Assembly: GCA_001829415.1 (NCBI GenBank)
Contig: MIBE01000054.1
Coordinates: 25,003 to 57,002 of the forward strand
Length of the DNA: 32,000 bases
Direction of reading: 5' to 3'
Origin: Spirochaetes bacterium GWF1_51_8
GTDB lineage: Bacteria > Spirochaetota > Brevinematia > Brevinematales > GWF1-51-8
Part shown: piece after piece, positions 7,733 to 16,024 of the stretch
How the letters are laid out: every line of letters starts with the position of its first letter
Numbering within the stretch: position 1 is the first letter of the stretch
Notes under the pieces: model-generated
Seen by the model: only the letters and a program-made list of their open reading frames with translations
Database searches by the model: none
Told to the model about the DNA's origin: nothing
Translations under genes and position numbers: made by a program

Positions 7733-8059
7733 TAATCACTTAACGCCTAATCCCGTAAAGAGTTAACATCGGGGAAAATAAGAAATTAAGAAAATAGGAA
7801 ACACGGGATTCATTACAAGACTCATATTTGAATCGAAGTAGGCTATTTACCTTCAATATACCGCTCCTCATGGTTCAAATTGGAAAAATTACTCTCTTCT
7901 ATATATATAGCCAATCCTGAGACTGTTTTTTTTACGCTTTTTTTGATTCTTAAACATACGGATTATAGTATCATTAAAATCAATTTATAAGACTTTTCAT
8001 TTATTAAAAAAAGTAATATCTAGTACCCTTCCAAAAAGAATCATTTTCCACACCGTTTC

Positions 8060-9037
8060 GCTGTTTTCGCGATAATAAGGATGGATCTCAGAACCTGGGG
8101 AAGCTGATAGTAGACGCGACATGCGTACCGTCCGATATCAAGTATCCGACCGACCTCAATCTTCTCAACGAGGGACGGTAGAAATTGGAAAAGATGATCG
8201 ACGTCTGTTTCGACGGGGAGAAAAAGCCGAGAACATACCGTTGTAAAGCCCGGCGGGATTACTTGAGGGCGGCGAAGAACAGAAGACTAAGCGCTAAGAT
8301 GTTGAAGTAGGTGATACGGAAACAGCTCTCATACGTGAAGCGAGATTGGAATTACTTGGAAAATAAAGAGTTAGATCGATTAAGCGATAAAGAACGGAAG
8401 GAATTGAAGACGATTAAAAATCTACAGCCAACAGAATGAATTGTTCGACAGTGGGACGCATAGTGTCTCGAACAGGATTGTGAGACTGTCCTAGCCGCAT
8501 GTCCGTCCTATAGTCCGCGGGAAAGCAGGGGCTGACGTGGAGTTCGGCGCGAAGGTTACGATCAGTCTGGTAAACGGCTTTGCGTTCATCGACCGGATCG
8601 ATTGGGAGAATTTCAACGAGGGAACGCTTTTACGGGGACAGATTGAAAGATACCATGATCGTATTAGAGTTTATCCGATGGATGTGTTAGGGGATAAGAT
8701 TTACCATACGCGGGAGAACCTGAACTACTGTAAAGAGCGGGGTATCCGTTGGAGCGGGCCGCCGTTGGGACGCCCGACGGTGGATGAGAAAGAGAGATTG
8801 AGGCAAAAGAAACAGGAAAAGAAAGATACTTCGGAATGGAACGCGGTGGAAAGAGAATACGGTACGGTAAAGCGAAAATTAAGTCTGTGACTGGTAATGA
8901 CCAAGCTTCCTGAAACAAGCATAGCGGTGATTTGACTGAACTTCTTCCTGATGAACTCTGTATCGAGCATAACCGAGATGCGCCGATTTTTTATGCGTTT
9001 ATTTTTCGGAGTATATACCAATTTAGCTTGTGCGTAA
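8060..9037 (+). pseudogene. decayed IS5/IS1182-like DDE transposase gene (5'-truncated, multiple stops and a frameshift)
   Basis: The translation reads NLGKLIVDATCVPSDIKYPTDLNLLNEGR*... In-frame stops at 8179, 8308, 8492 and 8888, plus a frameshift near 8430. The motifs SQPHVRPIVRGKA..VEFGAKV and G.VKRKLSL..VMTKLPETS are typical of this transposase type. Confidence 0.8.
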
Positions 9038-9047
9038 CGGAATACTT

Positions 9048-9085
9048 GTTTTCCAGTAAGCACTAATTAGAGCTTACTGGAAAAC
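9048..9085. repeat. perfect 14-bp inverted repeat (hairpin) just past the IS5-like remnant
   Basis: gttttccagtaagc (9048-9061), 10-nt loop, gcttactggaaaac (9072-9085). Confidence 0.85.
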
Positions 9086-9497
9086 ATTCAAGTCTGTATT
9101 TTTCCAACAGCTTGTTGGATTTTCCATCGATTGAGAATCAAAGACGCCCGCCGATTCCTCTTTCGATTTGTCGACCGGGGTAGGGGTTTTGACCATATCG
9201 AGCAAGCACGTTTCTTCAGCTTCGGCGATTGCTTTCTAATAAGCGGTCTCGTTTGCGTCAACGTGGTATTTTCAGGAACGATATACCATTCAACTATAAA
9301 ATGTTTGTTTACCTCCTTTGGTCAACTTGGCGCTCCGTAGAAATGCAGGGCTCAATTTGATCTATAATGAAAACTTAAATGATTTGAGAACCAACAATGC
9401 ATTGTATCATTAAATGATACAAGATGAACGATTCAGTATCATTCAGTGGATGTATCGTTCTAGCTGAGATGTTATCCCACCGAAAGTCATTGATTTT

Positions 9498-9788
9498 ATG
9501 CATAGGCCCTCATCATTCCCCCTAATCATGAGGACTTATTTTTCACGTAAACACAAGATGGCGACAGAACGGGGTTTCTGTCGTCCGTATTACAGCTGGG
9601 AAAAGCCGGTTGTGGAAAACACGAATGGATTGTTGAGGCAATTCTTGCCAAAAGGAACGGACTTCGCTAAGATAACGAAAGCCGAATTGAAGATGATTGA
9701 AAAGCTGATAAACAGTCGCCCACGGAAACGTCACGGTTATCTTACGCCGCTAAAAGTGTACGATAGCTTTGTTGCACTTTGTGCTTGA
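9498..9788 (+). pseudogene. C-terminal remnant of an IS30-family transposase
   Basis: YYSWEKPVVENTNGLLRQFLPKGTDFAKITKAELKMIEKLINSRPRKRHGYLTP matches the conserved IS30 C-terminus (..NENTNGLLRQYFPKGTD...LNNRPRK.LG). Only about the last 70 residues are present. Confidence 0.75.
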
Positions 9789-10129
9789 ATTCCCGTATTG
9801 AAAAAGAGGGTATCTATTTTGGTTCTGAACAGTGGAAACAGGTGCAATTATGGTATAACATATTAAAAAAAAAGAAGGAAGAATCTATAAAACTGTTGAT
9901 ATTTTTTATTCTTTTTCAAATATTTATTATATCTGGGCTTTATTCAAAAACACCAAAAATATTATGGACTATACAAACTGGTGATGAAGTAGGAGGATTA
10001 TGCATATGGGACGGCAAAGTCTATTTTGGTAGTGATGATGGGAAACTATATTGTGTAAAAATTGAATCTAAAAAGAAAGGGATGGCTTTTCCCTCGATCA
10101 GTGGTATGGATACTATGATCGATGAATAA
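9779..10129 (+). pseudogene. possible fragment of a PQQ/BamB-like beta-propeller protein
   Basis: No ATG (the track start is TTG). Signal-peptide-like KLLIFFILFQIFIISGLYS followed by one PQQ-like repeat (WDGKVYFGSDDGKLYCV). Far shorter than intact propellers. Confidence 0.3.
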
Positions 10130-10364
10130 TTTAAACTTAACATAATTCAGCTTATCGGTGATATTTTTCAGTACGTTTTTGTACTATATATCACATCCTT
10201 TACACTTCTAACTTATCATATGCTTGAATTAGCAGACAAATTATTCATGTTGACTGCCGGATTTGAAAATAGTAAATTAATGATATGGATTTACGCAAAC
10301 TTGGTCATTAATTATATTTTGAAAATGGAATCTGCCTGATAAGCATTTTCAAAAAGGAGGCTTT

Positions 10365-10937
10365 ATGAACAGCAAAAATAACGAAAAGAAGCTTACGCCG
10401 GAACAGCACGAAGAACTGCTCCGTGCGCTGAAAGCCCGTTTCGAGAAAAACATGAATCGCCATAATGGTCTCGAATGGGCGAAAGTGCAGGCAAGGCTGG
10501 AAGCCAATCCCGATAAGCTGTGGTCACTCGGCGAAATGGAAAGAACCGGCGGGGAACCGGATGTTGCCGGATTTGATACAAAGACGGACGAGTACATTTT
10601 TTATGATTGTTCGGCTGAAAGTCCCGAGGGCCGCCGCAATACTTGTTACGACCGTGAGGCTCTTGAGTCGAGGAAGGAACATAAACCGGAGAACAGCGCA
10701 GTCGACATGGCCGCCGGAATGGGGATAGAGCTCCTGAATGAAGAACAATACCGTGAGCTGCAGAAACTTGGAAATTTCGATCTGAAGACGTCGAGCTGGA
10801 TGAAAACACCCCCCGATATCCGGAAACTCGGCGGCGCCCTTTTCGCCGATCGCCGTTACGGTCACGTCTTCGTGTATCATAACAGCGCTCCTTCCTATTA
10901 CGGCGTTCGGGGGTTCCGCGGATTGCTCCGGGTGTAG
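10365..10937 (+). CDS. DUF4256-like protein (function unknown)
   Basis: 190-aa ORF with AAGGAGG 5 nt upstream. The N-terminal LTPEQHEELLRALKARFEKNMNRHNGLEWAKVQARLEANPDKLWSL..MERTGGEPDV matches my recollection of DUF4256. Confidence 0.75.
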   Translation: MNSKNNEKKLTPEQHEELLRALKARFEKNMNRHNGLEWAKVQARLEANPDKLWSLGEMERTGGEPDVAGFDTKTDEYIFYDCSAESPEGRRNTCYDREALESRKEHKPENSAVDMAAGMGIELLNEEQYRELQKLGNFDLKTSSWMKTPPDIRKLGGALFADRRYGHVFVYHNSAPSYYGVRGFRGLLRV

Positions 10938-10957
10938 ATTGACAGTGAGAGATCCTT

Positions 10958-10979
10958 ACCGATTTTAGTTTAAACCGGT
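10958..10979. repeat. short hairpin sharing the CCGATTT/AAACCGG core of the 30263/31146 repeats
   Basis: accgattttagtttaaaccggt lies 21 nt after the DUF4256 stop. The stem has the same A.C mismatch position as the two larger elements. Confidence 0.4.
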
Positions 10980-11062
10980 TTGATGCTTGGCATTCCTTTC
11001 TCGTATCGAAGATTATTTCTGCCCGGTTGTAACTGAATATTAGTTGCATTATATTTGCTTTT

Positions 11063-11338
11063 ATGATATATTTACTTATGAGTATAAGAGAGAAATTAAT
11101 CGAAAGATTTTTACAGCGCCCTAAGGATTTTACCTATCTGGAGCTGCAGGCATTATTAAAGGGCTTTGGTTATCACGAAATCTCTAAAGGACAAACATCG
11201 GGATCGAGGGTTGGATTTATTCAGCAGGAAAACCACCACATCATATTACTTCACAAACCCCACCCTGGAAATGAATTAAAAAGATATCAAATAGATTTGA
11301 TTACTGAGGAAGTCAGAAAACAGGAGTTTATTCCATGA
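11063..11338 (+). CDS. hicA: HicA-family mRNA interferase toxin
   Basis: LKGFGYHEISKGQTSGSRVGF...ILLHKPHPGNELKRYQI fits the HicA/YcfA fold signature. The start may instead be the ATG at 11078. A TTGCAT-17-TATATT promoter at 11044-11072 would make that start nearly leaderless. Confidence 0.8.
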   Translation: MIYLLMSIREKLIERFLQRPKDFTYLELQALLKGFGYHEISKGQTSGSRVGFIQQENHHIILLHKPHPGNELKRYQIDLITEEVRKQEFIP

Positions 11339-11682
11339 AAGATAGAATTATCTATGAAGACTTCATAGCTTCAATACATTTCAGCACTGAAGATAATACG
11401 TTTTTTGGAAAAATCGAAGGCATTGACGATCTGGTCACTTTTGAAGGCGATAACGTTCAATCTCTCAATCAGGCTTTCAGAGACGCTGTCGAGGATTACA
11501 AAGAATTATGTAAAATGAAAAATCTTGATCCGCATAAGTCCTATCGGGGTACATTTAATGTTAGAATAAACCCGGAGCTTCATAAAAAAGCGGTACAAAT
11601 TGCATTAAAAGAAGGGATGTCATTGAATCAATTCATACAGAAAGCAATTGAGGATGAGCTGAATTCCGTAATGAAAAAATAG
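11335..11682 (+). CDS. hicB: HicB-family antitoxin with C-terminal RHH
   Basis: ATGA overlap with hicA. The N-terminal HicB fold (ASIHFSTEDNTFFGKIEGIDDLVTFEGDNV) is followed by GTFNVRINPELHKKAVQIALKEGMSLNQFIQKAI. Confidence 0.85.
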   Translation: MKDRIIYEDFIASIHFSTEDNTFFGKIEGIDDLVTFEGDNVQSLNQAFRDAVEDYKELCKMKNLDPHKSYRGTFNVRINPELHKKAVQIALKEGMSLNQFIQKAIEDELNSVMKK

Positions 11683-11693
11683 AGTTGGATATT

Positions 11694-12020
11694 TCAAACC
11701 CGCCCGATGTCCGGCAGTCCTTTCTCGTAGAAGACTATCCCTATCCGTTCAATATGCTCGGTCAACGCCGGATTTGATATCTGCAGGGCAATCGATAGAT
11801 CGAATATGTACGGCAGGTTCAGGTCGTCCAGTTCACTTTCGAGTTTCGCCATCAGCGCGAGGTCGATCCCTTCTCCGGTCAAGGTCAGATCGATATCCGA
11901 ACCGTTTTTGAAATTTCCCTTTGCACGCGAACCGTAAATGATCGCTTTTTCGATCTGTGCATAATGTGAAAAAGCTTCTTGAATTTTCCGTATTGTTTCG
12001 TCCGGAAGCCCGTATCTCAT
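11694..12020 (-). CDS. minimal nucleotidyltransferase (MNT), antitoxin of a HEPN/MNT pair
   Basis: 108 aa with the motif YGSRAKGNFKNGSDIDLTL (GS-x10-DxD). ATGA overlap with the upstream HEPN gene. Confidence 0.85.
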   Translation of the reverse strand: MRYGLPDETIRKIQEAFSHYAQIEKAIIYGSRAKGNFKNGSDIDLTLTGEGIDLALMAKLESELDDLNLPYIFDLSIALQISNPALTEHIERIGIVFYEKGLPDIGRV

Positions 12021-12433
12021 TGGCCCTCTTTTATCCTGATTATTTCGAATGTTTCCCTCAGGTCTAAAAACTCTTGATAATAGGTGTTGATAATTTTCCC
12101 GGTGATCAAATCCGCGGTCTCCTGATTATAGGTATGTACAGTCAGGCCGCGTGAAACGATCATCTCCATCCAAGTTTCGCCGTTTTTTATCAGGCCTCTG
12201 TTGAACGCCAATCGAAAAGCGTCCCTACTCCCCCGGATATCTACTTCCCCCTGATTTTCAAAATAGTCTTTGATAGTCGTCCATGCCAGCTCGTAGTTAT
12301 ACTCGAACGATTGTATGAGACCCATCAGCTCCAGCTCGTTTAAGTCTTTTTTCGCGATAAATTTTGTAAGCTGGGCAAGCGCCATACAATAATTATTAAA
12401 TCTCTGTATCCAGCGGATATCCTGTTCCTCCAT
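12017..12433 (-). CDS. HEPN-domain protein, HI0074-like (nucleotidyltransferase substrate-binding family), putative toxin
   Basis: 138 aa, preceded by AGGAG. Rx4HxY motif RGLTVHTY near the C-terminus. IQSFEYNYELAWTTIKDY is typical of the family. Confidence 0.85.
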   Translation of the reverse strand: MEEQDIRWIQRFNNYCMALAQLTKFIAKKDLNELELMGLIQSFEYNYELAWTTIKDYFENQGEVDIRGSRDAFRLAFNRGLIKNGETWMEMIVSRGLTVHTYNQETADLITGKIINTYYQEFLDLRETFEIIRIKEGQ

Positions 12434-12625
12434 TAAATTCTCCTTTTATATCGAACGAATTATTATAACCAACACCGGACGGTTTGTAAAACCTTTAGAT
12501 GTATGATATTTTCCCGTGGGCAGGCGTGGGAATAATCCGAATCGACCCCCATGGAAGGCCGTATAACGCCCCGTACAAGTCTTCTTTATTAAAGTTCTCC
12601 CCCAGAAATATTTTCACTATAGGGA

Positions 12626-12654
12626 TTGACTCCCGCATACAAATATGCTATATT
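12626..12654 (+). promoter_or_regulatory. candidate sigma70 promoter of the ABC operon
   Basis: TTGACT (12626-12631), 17-nt spacer, TATATT (12649-12654), 45 nt upstream of the ATG at 12700. Confidence 0.4.
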
Positions 12655-12699
12655 TATATAGAAGAAGTGACCGGGTGGTCATTATACGAGGAGGCGGCC

Positions 12700-13554
12700 A
12701 TGATAGAAGTCAAGAATGTTTTCCACGACTACGACGGTAAGGGAAAATTAGCGGTCGACGATATCACGTTCTCGATACCTCGGGGCGAAATTTTCGGATT
12801 TCTGGGGCCGTCGGGCGCGGGTAAGAGTACGGTGCAAAACCTGATGACCGGACTGCTGAGGCTCCAGAAAGGAGAGATTAACTACGAAGGGAAATCCATC
12901 CGAGATATGGACTCGGGTTTTTTCAATAAAATGGGATACTCGTTCGAACATCCCAATCTCTATACGAAGCTGACCGGTTATGAGAATCTGAAGTTCTACG
13001 CCGGGCTGTTTTCTGTCCCCACCGAAGACCCGTTGAAACTCCTCGAAAGTGTCGGCCTCGCGAGCGCGGCCAGTCAAAAGGCGGGCGACTATTCCAAGGG
13101 CATGAAACAGCGGCTTGTTTTCGCGCGCTCGATCATCAATAAGCCCAGGATTCTCTTTCTCGACGAGCCTCTTTCGGGACTCGATCCAGGGACGTCCAGC
13201 GTTCTCAGGGAGATCATCCGACGCAAGAAACAGGACGGAGTCACCATATTCCTCACCACCCACAACATGTTCGAGGCGGACGATCTTTGCGACAATGTGG
13301 CATTCCTCAATAACGGGCGGATCGTCGCGATGGACAAACCCCGCAACCTGAAACTCAAGTACGGCGAGAAATCCGTGAAAGTCGAATACGGCGAGAAAGG
13401 TCAGGTAAAAACAGAGGTGCTTTTCCTCGACAAGGATGAGGACGGGAAACGGCTCAAGGCGCTGATCGACACAAGGCAGATCCAGACCCTTCATTCCCAG
13501 GAGGCGACCCTCGAACAGATATTCATGAAACTGACCGGAAGGGGGTTATCATGA
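12700..13554 (+). CDS. ABC transporter ATP-binding protein
   Basis: Start placed at MIEVKN (GAGGAGG at 12688-12694), not the track start at 12499. Walker A GPSGAGKST, signature YSKGMKQR, Walker B ILFLDEP, H-loop TTHNM. Confidence 0.92.
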   Translation: MIEVKNVFHDYDGKGKLAVDDITFSIPRGEIFGFLGPSGAGKSTVQNLMTGLLRLQKGEINYEGKSIRDMDSGFFNKMGYSFEHPNLYTKLTGYENLKFYAGLFSVPTEDPLKLLESVGLASAASQKAGDYSKGMKQRLVFARSIINKPRILFLDEPLSGLDPGTSSVLREIIRRKKQDGVTIFLTTHNMFEADDLCDNVAFLNNGRIVAMDKPRNLKLKYGEKSVKVEYGEKGQVKTEVLFLDKDEDGKRLKALIDTRQIQTLHSQEATLEQIFMKLTGRGLS

Positions 13555-14594
13555 AACGTTTTTTTAACCTCGCGGCGCAGGAGACCCTGCTCGTATTCCG
13601 CAACAAGTTTCATTGGTTCATGCTGGTACTGCTCGTCATGATGGGCGGGGCGTATCATCTGATTCCAGACAGCATCCCAAAAACGGATAACCGTTACTTT
13701 ATCGATAACACTAAAGGAAAACTTTTGACCGCGGTACTGACCAATCACGGTGTTCCGGCGGGAAATATCCTTACCGATAAAAACTCGATCACCGCTCTTG
13801 TCGCAAGTAACCGCGACAATATCGGGATTATCCTCGATCAGGCCGGTGATGCGGCGCCGGTTTTTACCGTCATCCATAACGGCGAATTGAGCGCGCATGA
13901 GAAAAATATCCTTCACTCTGGGCTGGAGGAGCTTCTCACGGATTCAACTGCGGAAAAAAAATCCAACGGTTTCGTTACCGTAGAATTGGGCGGACCGGCT
14001 CTGAAGGTCCCGTTACGGGTGAGCCTCCTGCCGGTACTTCTGACATTTGAAGTCATGGTGCTGGGATTTCTTTTCGTCGCGGTCGTCATTTTTCAGGAGA
14101 AGCAGGAAGGCAGTATCCGCGCCTACCGGGTGTCGCCCGGCGGAGTATGTGCGTATGTCCTCTCGAAAACTTTGGTGTGGGTAGTTCTCTCGGTACTCTA
14201 CGGAATCGTTCTCCTTCTCGCGACCGTAGGTTTCGGAATCGACTATCTCGCGGCTGCGATGTTACTCACAGCGGGCAGTCTTCTGATGACCCTGTTCGGG
14301 ATGGCGGTCGCCGTGTTCTTCAGCAGCATATCGGAATGGTTCTTCATTGGGGTGGCGATCCTTGTGATCAACATGCTCCCGCAGGTGTCCTTTCTTTACC
14401 CCGTGTTTGCGCCCGCTTGGATCACATTGCTTCCCTCCTACCCCATGATCTTCGCGGCAAGAGATATCGTATTCGGCCAGCCTGCCGGTTCGGCGTTCTG
14501 GAGTGTGATCGGCTTACTTGCGGCAGAGTCGGCCGTAATGCTCGCGGCCGCGCTCGTATTAGTCAGACTGAAACTGATGAAGAAGGAGCGTTAG
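13551..14594 (+). CDS. ABC-2-type permease
   Basis: ATGA overlap with the ATPase gene. One N-terminal TM, a soluble loop of about 130 aa, then five or more hydrophobic helices. Confidence 0.8.
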   Translation: MKRFFNLAAQETLLVFRNKFHWFMLVLLVMMGGAYHLIPDSIPKTDNRYFIDNTKGKLLTAVLTNHGVPAGNILTDKNSITALVASNRDNIGIILDQAGDAAPVFTVIHNGELSAHEKNILHSGLEELLTDSTAEKKSNGFVTVELGGPALKVPLRVSLLPVLLTFEVMVLGFLFVAVVIFQEKQEGSIRAYRVSPGGVCAYVLSKTLVWVVLSVLYGIVLLLATVGFGIDYLAAAMLLTAGSLLMTLFGMAVAVFFSSISEWFFIGVAILVINMLPQVSFLYPVFAPAWITLLPSYPMIFAARDIVFGQPAGSAFWSVIGLLAAESAVMLAAALVLVRLKLMKKER

Positions 14595-14595
14595 T

Positions 14596-15597
14596 ATGAT
14601 AAAAACAATGATCAATAACTTCCTTCAGGATTTCACGAACTCGATCCGCGACAACATGCTTCTATATATATTGGTCGCGCCGGTTATCCTCGCGGTGCTG
14701 TTCCGGGTGTTCACCCCGTCGGCGGAGACAGTCGAATTCCATATCGCGATTGACGCCTCGGTAGAACAGCATGTAGCGGACGAGTTTCGCGGGTACATGG
14801 TTGTCGAGCTTTTCGATACCCCGCACGCCGTGAAGGAACGTGTGAACCGTTACGACGACACAGCAGGAATAATCCTCGAAAACGGCAAATATAGACTCTA
14901 TTTTCAGGGTAACGAGGACGCCGAAGTGAAGGCGGTTTACGCGGTCGTCATGGACAAGGTGCTCTATGGAAAAAACACCGCGGAGGTGAATTTCGAACAG
15001 GCCGGTTCGGCGCGTTCCTACTTCCTCGAGTACAGCCTCGTGACCCTTCTGATGGTTGCCGGATTGCTGGGCGGTCTGCTTTGCGGATTCAATATCGTCG
15101 ACGAACGCTCCACCGGATCGATCGGCGCGCTGGCGGTCTCCCCTCTGACTATCGGCGGGTATATGGCGTCGAAACTGGTGTTTACACTCCTGATCTCGGC
15201 CGCGGCGGCGATCCTGACCGCGACGATCGTTTACGGGTTCGGGACGGACTTCGGCAGGCTCGTCCTCGCGATGGCGGTATCCTCGCCGCTCGCCGCCGTA
15301 TTGGGCTTCATATTAGGCATCACCGCAAAAAACCAGATCGAGGCGATCGGCATGAATAAAATCCTGCTTCCGGTTTTCATGACCATCCCTATCGTGTCGA
15401 TTTTCATCGCGAGCGACTGGCAATGGGTGTTTTACATCTTCCCGAATTACTGGATGTTCGTCATGTTTGAAAATCTTTTTCTGGACACCCCGCTCCCGCT
15501 CGGATTTTGGGGCTCGGCGTTGATCACGCTTCTATCGGGAACCGCGCTTTTCATATTGATGCGCGGATTGATGAAGAAGAGACTGAATTTAAGATAG
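14596..15597 (+). CDS. ABC-2-type permease (second subunit)
   Basis: Starts 1 nt after the previous stop, with GAAGGAG upstream. Same topology as the preceding permease. Confidence 0.8.
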   Translation: MIKTMINNFLQDFTNSIRDNMLLYILVAPVILAVLFRVFTPSAETVEFHIAIDASVEQHVADEFRGYMVVELFDTPHAVKERVNRYDDTAGIILENGKYRLYFQGNEDAEVKAVYAVVMDKVLYGKNTAEVNFEQAGSARSYFLEYSLVTLLMVAGLLGGLLCGFNIVDERSTGSIGALAVSPLTIGGYMASKLVFTLLISAAAAILTATIVYGFGTDFGRLVLAMAVSSPLAAVLGFILGITAKNQIEAIGMNKILLPVFMTIPIVSIFIASDWQWVFYIFPNYWMFVMFENLFLDTPLPLGFWGSALITLLSGTALFILMRGLMKKRLNLR

Positions 15598-15606
15598 GAG
15601 GCCTTT

Positions 15607-15738
15607 ATGGCATGGTATTGGTGGGTTTTAATCGGCGCCGGAGTAGTGCTGATCGGGATACTCAAGCTCATGGTGTTCAAAAACATCCTGAAAAAACGTC
15701 AGGATAAAAAGAACGACGGCCCGAAACAGGACTTCTGA
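15607..15738 (+). CDS. 43-aa single-TM protein, last gene of the ABC operon (not in the ORF track)
   Basis: AGGAGG (15596-15601) lies 5 nt before the ATG. Sequence MAWYWWVLIGAGVVLIGILKLMVFKNILKKRQDKKNDGPKQDF: one hydrophobic helix and a basic tail. Confidence 0.5.
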   Translation: MAWYWWVLIGAGVVLIGILKLMVFKNILKKRQDKKNDGPKQDF

Positions 15739-16024
15739 AACTAATGACATAGGCATTAAATATACAGGAATTCGATTCCGCGATAGGCGGTATGTCCGGT
15801 TTGGGTTGAGGGAAAGCTGCTTCCGCCCGGATATTCCGATTGTAAGATGTCTATCTCTACCGCGGCGATGCCGGGAGATTACCCGGCAATATGTCTATGT
15901 CAATAAAATATCTGCCTGTATACATGTTTATTTATATCATCCGCATCCCCCAGAAAACTTCATGCACCGAAGTGTAAAATATTTGTGATTCAGACGGCGC
16001 GGGGTTATACTTGTTCAGGAGGAC

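Noticed and set aside
10319-10352. 9-bp stem hairpin (ttgaaaatg ... cattttcaa) immediately upstream of the DUF4256 SD sequence
   Set aside because: It is AT-rich and weak, with no T-run. It could be regulatory, but there is no supporting pattern, so it is not reported as a feature.
11004-11033. Weak similarity between the left (11004-11033) and right (12448-12492) flanks of the HicAB + MNT/HEPN block (tatcgaa.gattatt ... ccgg..ttgtaa.ac), as a possible third pair of bracketing repeats
   Set aside because: It aligns only with several gaps in AT-rich sequence and is too weak to separate from chance without a statistical alignment.
10393-11049. 218-aa minus-strand ORF opposite the DUF4256 gene
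   Set aside because: It is extremely Arg-rich and low-complexity. The + strand frame has a perfect SD sequence and a recognisable family signature.
12499-12699. 67-codon N-terminal extension of the ABC ATPase ORF
   Set aside because: The extension covers the predicted promoter and has no ABC homology. A strong GAGGAGG precedes the internal ATG at 12700, which begins the canonical MIEVKN... N-terminus.
12748-13494. 248-aa minus-strand ORF opposite the ABC ATPase gene (same class: 13491-13916, 16535-17047, 17309-18061)
   Set aside because: These are antisense to well-supported genes, with no SD sequence and an Arg/Val/Glu-rich composition typical of the reverse frames of GC-rich genes.
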